Virus record (IMG/VR): IMGVR_UViG_3300030376_008664
DNA from: an uncultured virus (IMG/VR IMGVR_UViG_3300030376_008664)
Taxonomy: Duplodnaviria; Heunggongvirae; Uroviricota; Caudoviricetes
Length of the DNA: 20,000 nucleotides
Strand: one strand, 5' to 3'
Below the pieces are notes generated by a model. The model made no database searches, was not told the origin of the DNA, and saw only the letters and a list, made by a program, of their open reading frames with translations. The first letter of the stretch is position 1; each line of letters starts with the position of its first letter. Made by a program: the position numbers and the translations under genes. Positions 17,250-20,000 of the stretch are shown one piece after another.

Positions 17250-17534
17250 ATGACAGCAAATGACATCATGACCCGCCCGACCGACACCTACTTCGTAGTC
17301 ACCGCAGCTCTCTACTCCGATCCCCTCACTAGGTGGACAGTGGGAGGCGGGTCTAACAAGGGGCAAGCCATCTCCATCGCCTCCAGCGTCCAGAGCGGGG
17401 TAGTGGATGGGTTCGCCTCCGAGACCGAGGCATTTGAGAGTTTCCCCGAGTTGGCCCCCGCTAGCGAGAGGGTGTTCGCGGATGCCGCCGCCGCTGATGA
17501 GTGGCATCGCGAGATGAGAGAGCGAGGCAACTAA
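17250..17534 (+). CDS. Hypothetical early protein, 94 aa (MTANDIMT...)
   Basis: ORF track frame, start re-assigned to the ATG after P7. Confidence 0.75.
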   Translation: MTANDIMTRPTDTYFVVTAALYSDPLTRWTVGGGSNKGQAISIASSVQSGVVDGFASETEAFESFPELAPASERVFADAAAADEWHREMRERGN

Positions 17535-17542
17535 AGCCTCCG

Positions 17543-17617
17543 TAACTCCCTGACTCTCAACGAGTTAGGGGGAAGCGCCCCCCCGCCCCCGCTAAGTCGT
17601 TGATACTCAACGACTTA
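17543..17617. repeat. 75-bp double-palindrome element, copy R2
   Basis: TAACTCCCTGACTCTCAACGAGTTA + 25-bp GC spacer + TAAGTCGTTGA-TAC-TCAACGACTTA (perfect 11-bp arms). Confidence 0.9.
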
Positions 17618-17735
17618 CGAGCCTTTATACGCACAGTCGATCTTGGGGCTTGTCAAGCACAAAAATAAACTATTTGTCTATTTATATCCTGACCTGCGAC
17701 CTAGAAAAAAAAATAATAAAAAAGAAAAAAAAAGG

Positions 17736-17763
17736 TTGCGCTCACCTGAAAATCCGTTATACT
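17736..17763 (+). promoter_or_regulatory. Early promoter P8
   Basis: TTGCGC-16-TATACT-9-ATG; long A-tract upstream. Confidence 0.75.
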
Positions 17764-17772
17764 TACCCCATC

Positions 17773-17958
17773 ATGACAGAGACAACCACTGAAACAACTG
17801 ACCAAGATAAATTCTTCAAAGAGCGCAATGCAGCAATCGAAATGCGTGATGATCTTTTCTTTCTTGTAGGATGGACTAAAGCCGACAATCCAGAGATCTC
17901 CAAAAGGCTCGAAGACATTCTCAAAAACCATGACAGAAACAGAGTCGGCTGGCTCTAA
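17773..17958 (+). CDS. Hypothetical early protein, 61 aa (MTETTTET...)
   Basis: ORF track frame, start re-assigned to the ATG after P8. Confidence 0.7.
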   Translation: MTETTTETTDQDKFFKERNAAIEMRDDLFFLVGWTKADNPEISKRLEDILKNHDRNRVGWL

Positions 17959-17980
17959 TAACCACTAACCCATTAAACAC

Positions 17981-18172
17981 ATGATCAATAGAATCGACCA
18001 AATCCTAGCAAACCTAGAATGCGCTGCCGTAGATGGTGGCTTCAGCCTGTCCGTAAAGGATGGGGAAATTGTAGCCAAGGATCTTCTCTCCGAGGAGCCT
18101 CTTGAGTTTATCGTTCGCTTCGTAGGGAAAGACATCTCTGACGTTTCAGTAAAACCACTAACTAAAAAATAA
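17981..18172 (+). CDS. Hypothetical protein, 63 aa
   Basis: ORF track; operonic, 1 nt from the next gene. Confidence 0.7.
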   Translation: MINRIDQILANLECAAVDGGFSLSVKDGEIVAKDLLSEEPLEFIVRFVGKDISDVSVKPLTKK

Positions 18173-18173
18173 A

Positions 18174-18551
18174 ATGGGACTCGACCAAAACGCATACAAA
18201 GTAAAAAGCAGCTACGCCCCCACCACCAAAACCCGAACTGTCAGAACTACAGAAATCTGTTACTGGCGCAAGCACAATGCTTTACAGGGTTGGATGGAGG
18301 AACTGTGGTGTGAAAAGACTGGGCAAACACCCATTGATCTTAATTGTGCAGACCTTCCACTCACTTCCGAAGATCTTGATAAATTAGAGGAGGCAATCAC
18401 CAAGAATAAACTTCCTGTGACTGAAGGATTCTTTTATGGCTCCGACACTAGCCAAGACGAAAGTCGCAAAGAATATGATCTAGACTTTGTTGCTAAAGCT
18501 AGGGAGGCTATCGAGGAGGGATATGAAATTACCTATTCTTGCTGGTGGTAA
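18174..18551 (+). CDS. Conserved phage hypothetical protein (MGLD...YWRK.N...W type), 125 aa
   Basis: MGLDQ...YWRKHNALQGWM...LPVTEGFFYG...YSCWW is a pattern I recognise from uncharacterised phage proteins. Confidence 0.8.
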   Translation: MGLDQNAYKVKSSYAPTTKTRTVRTTEICYWRKHNALQGWMEELWCEKTGQTPIDLNCADLPLTSEDLDKLEEAITKNKLPVTEGFFYGSDTSQDESRKEYDLDFVAKAREAIEEGYEITYSCWW

Positions 18552-18578
18552 AGTCTGAAAAAAAAAGTAATAAAACCC

Positions 18579-18606
18579 TTGCACAGTTATGAAATTCGGT
18601 TATACT
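18579..18606 (+). promoter_or_regulatory. Early promoter P9
   Basis: TTGCAC-16-TATACT-6-ATG. Confidence 0.8.
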
Positions 18607-18612
18607 ACCAGC

Positions 18613-18849
18613 ATGACAGTAAGAAATCCTATCACCGCCGACCTCGCCCCTATGAATGAAAACGATCTCCGCGACATGCTCGACGATGGGCCTCGCGCTG
18701 GCAACTGGAACCCCACACCCGACGAGGTGCAGGAGGTGCTGGCGCAGATCTACGCCGACATGGGCGACCGCGACCCGAACTGGTCTTCTGATGAGGATGG
18801 GCTTTCACCCGCAGACGCGCAAGCCCTCCAGAATCATCTCGATGGCTAG
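18613..18849 (+). CDS. Hypothetical highly acidic early protein, 78 aa (MTVRNPIT...)
   Basis: ORF track frame, start re-assigned to the ATG after P9. Confidence 0.75.
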   Translation: MTVRNPITADLAPMNENDLRDMLDDGPRAGNWNPTPDEVQEVLAQIYADMGDRDPNWSSDEDGLSPADAQALQNHLDG

Positions 18850-18859
18850 ATACAACCCG

Positions 18860-18934
18860 TAACTCCCTAAGTCTCAACGACTTAGGGGGCGCGGCCCCCC
18901 GCCCCCTCGTAACCCGTTGATACTCAACAGGTTA
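18860..18934. repeat. 75-bp double-palindrome element, copy R3
   Basis: TAACTCCCTAAGTCTCAACGACTTA + GGGGGCGCGGCCCCCCGCCCCCTCG + TAACCCGTTGATACTCAACAGGTTA. Confidence 0.9.
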
Positions 18935-18974
18935 TGAAGCAAAAATAAAAATGCATTTAAATGCAAAAAAAAGG

Positions 18975-19002
18975 TTGCAAAGCCTATTTGTTGTGATATA
19001 CT
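18975..19002 (+). promoter_or_regulatory. Early promoter P10
   Basis: TTGCAA-16-TATACT with extended TG, then 6 nt and ATG (19009). Confidence 0.8.
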
Positions 19003-19060
19003 ACGTCCATGAAGTTGAGATTCCCCAAACTCTGGAGCAAAAAAAATAACAAATTACCCC

Positions 19061-19089
19061 TTGACCTAACCCCACTTATCGGTTATACT
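19061..19089 (+). promoter_or_regulatory. Early promoter P11
   Basis: TTGACC-17-TATACT-6-ATG (19096). Confidence 0.85.
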
Positions 19090-19095
19090 ACTCTC

Positions 19096-19383
19096 ATGAA
19101 AGAAAAAACACATATCCTCGATTCGGGTCCACATCACGACCTTCCTTCCAACCCTATCGAACTCGCCTCTGCTTTGACTGGCAAGACTTTGGTATACAAT
19201 GCTATCAAGTCCACCGTGAAAAGTAACAACACTAGAGTGTTCAAAGTCCAAAAGGTCGATGACGTATATACTTCAAACTCTACTGGTGAGAAGTGCGTGA
19301 CTGTTTGGGCTAACGATATTGACAGAGATGGCGAACTTGTCCCTCGCACTCTGCACGTTCTCGGTATCAAATCTGTTTCCTAA
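19096..19383 (+). CDS. Hypothetical early protein, 95 aa (alternative in-frame start at 19009 gives 124 aa)
   Basis: ORF track. Beta-rich C-terminus (LVYN...RVFKV...RTLHVLGIKSV) is loosely WYL/SH3-like; unverified. Confidence 0.75.
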   Translation: MKEKTHILDSGPHHDLPSNPIELASALTGKTLVYNAIKSTVKSNNTRVFKVQKVDDVYTSNSTGEKCVTVWANDIDRDGELVPRTLHVLGIKSVS

Positions 19384-19398
19384 TGGGGGAAGTGTGTG

Positions 19399-19439
19399 TG
19401 GGGGGTGGTGACATTCATAGCGTTCGTCACTGCCCCCCA
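19399..19439 (+). other. GC-rich stem-loop (terminator-like)
   Basis: TGGGGGGTGGTGAC / GTCACTGCCCCCCA, 14-bp stem with a 13-nt loop, followed by TTT. Confidence 0.6.
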
Positions 19440-19456
19440 TTTCCCCAAAAAAAAAC

Positions 19457-19485
19457 TCGACAAACAATAAACAATAAACTAGAAT
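19457..19485 (+). promoter_or_regulatory. Early promoter P12
   Basis: TCGACA-17-TAGAAT-6-ATG. Confidence 0.7.
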
Positions 19486-19491
19486 TGCATC

Positions 19492-19704
19492 ATGCCGAAA
19501 TCAACTGAATCCGTCCGTATCGAAGTAAAAAACAAAGATCAAGCCGCATTACTTAACTATGCTTTGGGTCTTGTCCATCGTGATCTGTCTGCTAGACTTG
19601 AAGANNNNNNNNNNNNNNNNNNNNNNNNNNNNNNNNNNNNNNNNNNNNNCAAACATGCCACCGCATTAAACGAAAAATTTTCTTTGACTGCTAGCGAGTC
19701 TTAG
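19492..19704 (+). CDS. Hypothetical early protein spanning the assembly gap
   Basis: ORF track; the frame across the Ns is unverified. Confidence 0.55.
   Translation: MPKSTESVRIEVKNKDQAALLNYALGLVHRDLSARLEXXXXXXXXXXXXXXXXKHATALNEKFSLTASES
19605..19649. other. Assembly gap (45 N)
   Basis: Run of N in the sequence. Confidence 1.
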
Positions 19705-19904
19705 GAATATAAAAATAATCCCTTGAAACAACTCTGCAAGATAGGGAGGGAACCAAGAGCAGAGGCTCCCAGTGGTGGGTACGACCGCTAGGTGGTAACA
19801 GTGACCAACTCTTAATTGACTGGCACTCGTCAACAAGCCGACCCTCTCCCGCTTTACTAGTCAGCGGGAGGGGGGATCACTTTCTGATGACATGTGTGTG
19901 ATTG

Positions 19905-19944
19905 GTCCCGTCCCCTAGTGTGTGGGGGGCGGGGCTTTCTCTTT
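19905..19944 (+). terminator. Rho-independent terminator
   Basis: GTCCCGTCCCCTA-GTGTG-TGGGGGGCGGGGC (13-bp stem with G-U pairs) followed by TTTCTCTTT. Confidence 0.7.
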
Positions 19945-19963
19945 CGGAGGAACTTTACTCTCC

Positions 19964-20000
19964 TAACTCGTTGATAACCAATGACTTAGGGGGCAGCGGC
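19964..20000. repeat. Double-palindrome element, copy R4 (truncated by the window end)
   Basis: TAACTCGTTGATAACCAATGACTTA followed by the start of the GC spacer, GGGGGCAGCGGC. Confidence 0.85.

Noticed and set aside
15151..18612. ORF-track upstream starts at 15151, 15819, 17154, 17650 and 18589
   Set aside because: These extensions translate promoter DNA (YTTHM-like peptides from TATACTACnCACATG); the ATG after each -10 box is the consistent start.
16584..18934. Integron attC sites
   Set aside because: No RYYYAAC...GTTRRRY ends framing one long hairpin with extrahelical bases, genes carry their own promoters, and no integron integrase is in the window.
16768..19467. Minus-strand and alternate-frame ORFs in the early region (e.g. 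17196-17507, 18650-18877, 18656-18862)
   Set aside because: They overlap promoter-supported plus-strand genes and have no expression signals.
19884..19890. CTGATGA hammerhead ribozyme core
   Set aside because: No stem II followed by GAAA at a suitable position downstream.
19705..19944. tRNA gene
   Set aside because: No T-loop GTTCRA, cloverleaf or CCA end could be found by eye.
16584..20000. CRISPR array interpretation of the palindromic repeats
   Set aside because: The 25-bp spacers are near-identical rather than unique, units are about 1 kb apart with genes between them, and no cas genes are present.

Overview
Segment of a tailed dsDNA bacteriophage (Caudoviricetes) genome with two divergent arms. 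The minus strand (1-14867) carries, in transcription order: HNH-type endonuclease, small membrane protein, tail-tube-like protein, PhoH, zinc-ribbon protein, phage sigma70-family factor, tandem-HTH/coiled-coil protein, C2H2+ERCC4 nuclease, large terminase, portal, Lys-rich EF-hand-like protein, prohead protease/scaffold, decoration-like protein, major capsid protein and two downstream genes. Five of these genes have a GTGTA(A/T) motif 9-15 nt before the ATG, a candidate late promoter. The plus strand (15100-20000) is an early/accessory array of 15 small ORFs. It contains twelve sigma70-like promoters (TTGnnn-16/17-TATACT-like), each with an ATG at or near the expected +1, implying leaderless mRNAs. 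The -35 boxes often sit in a CAA-N8-TTG inverted repeat. Four copies of a 75-bp element (25-bp palindrome, 25-bp GC-rich spacer, 25-bp palindrome; last copy truncated) punctuate the array about every 1-1.3 kb. All product calls come from motif recognition and synteny; no database search was run. There is an assembly gap at 19605-19649.
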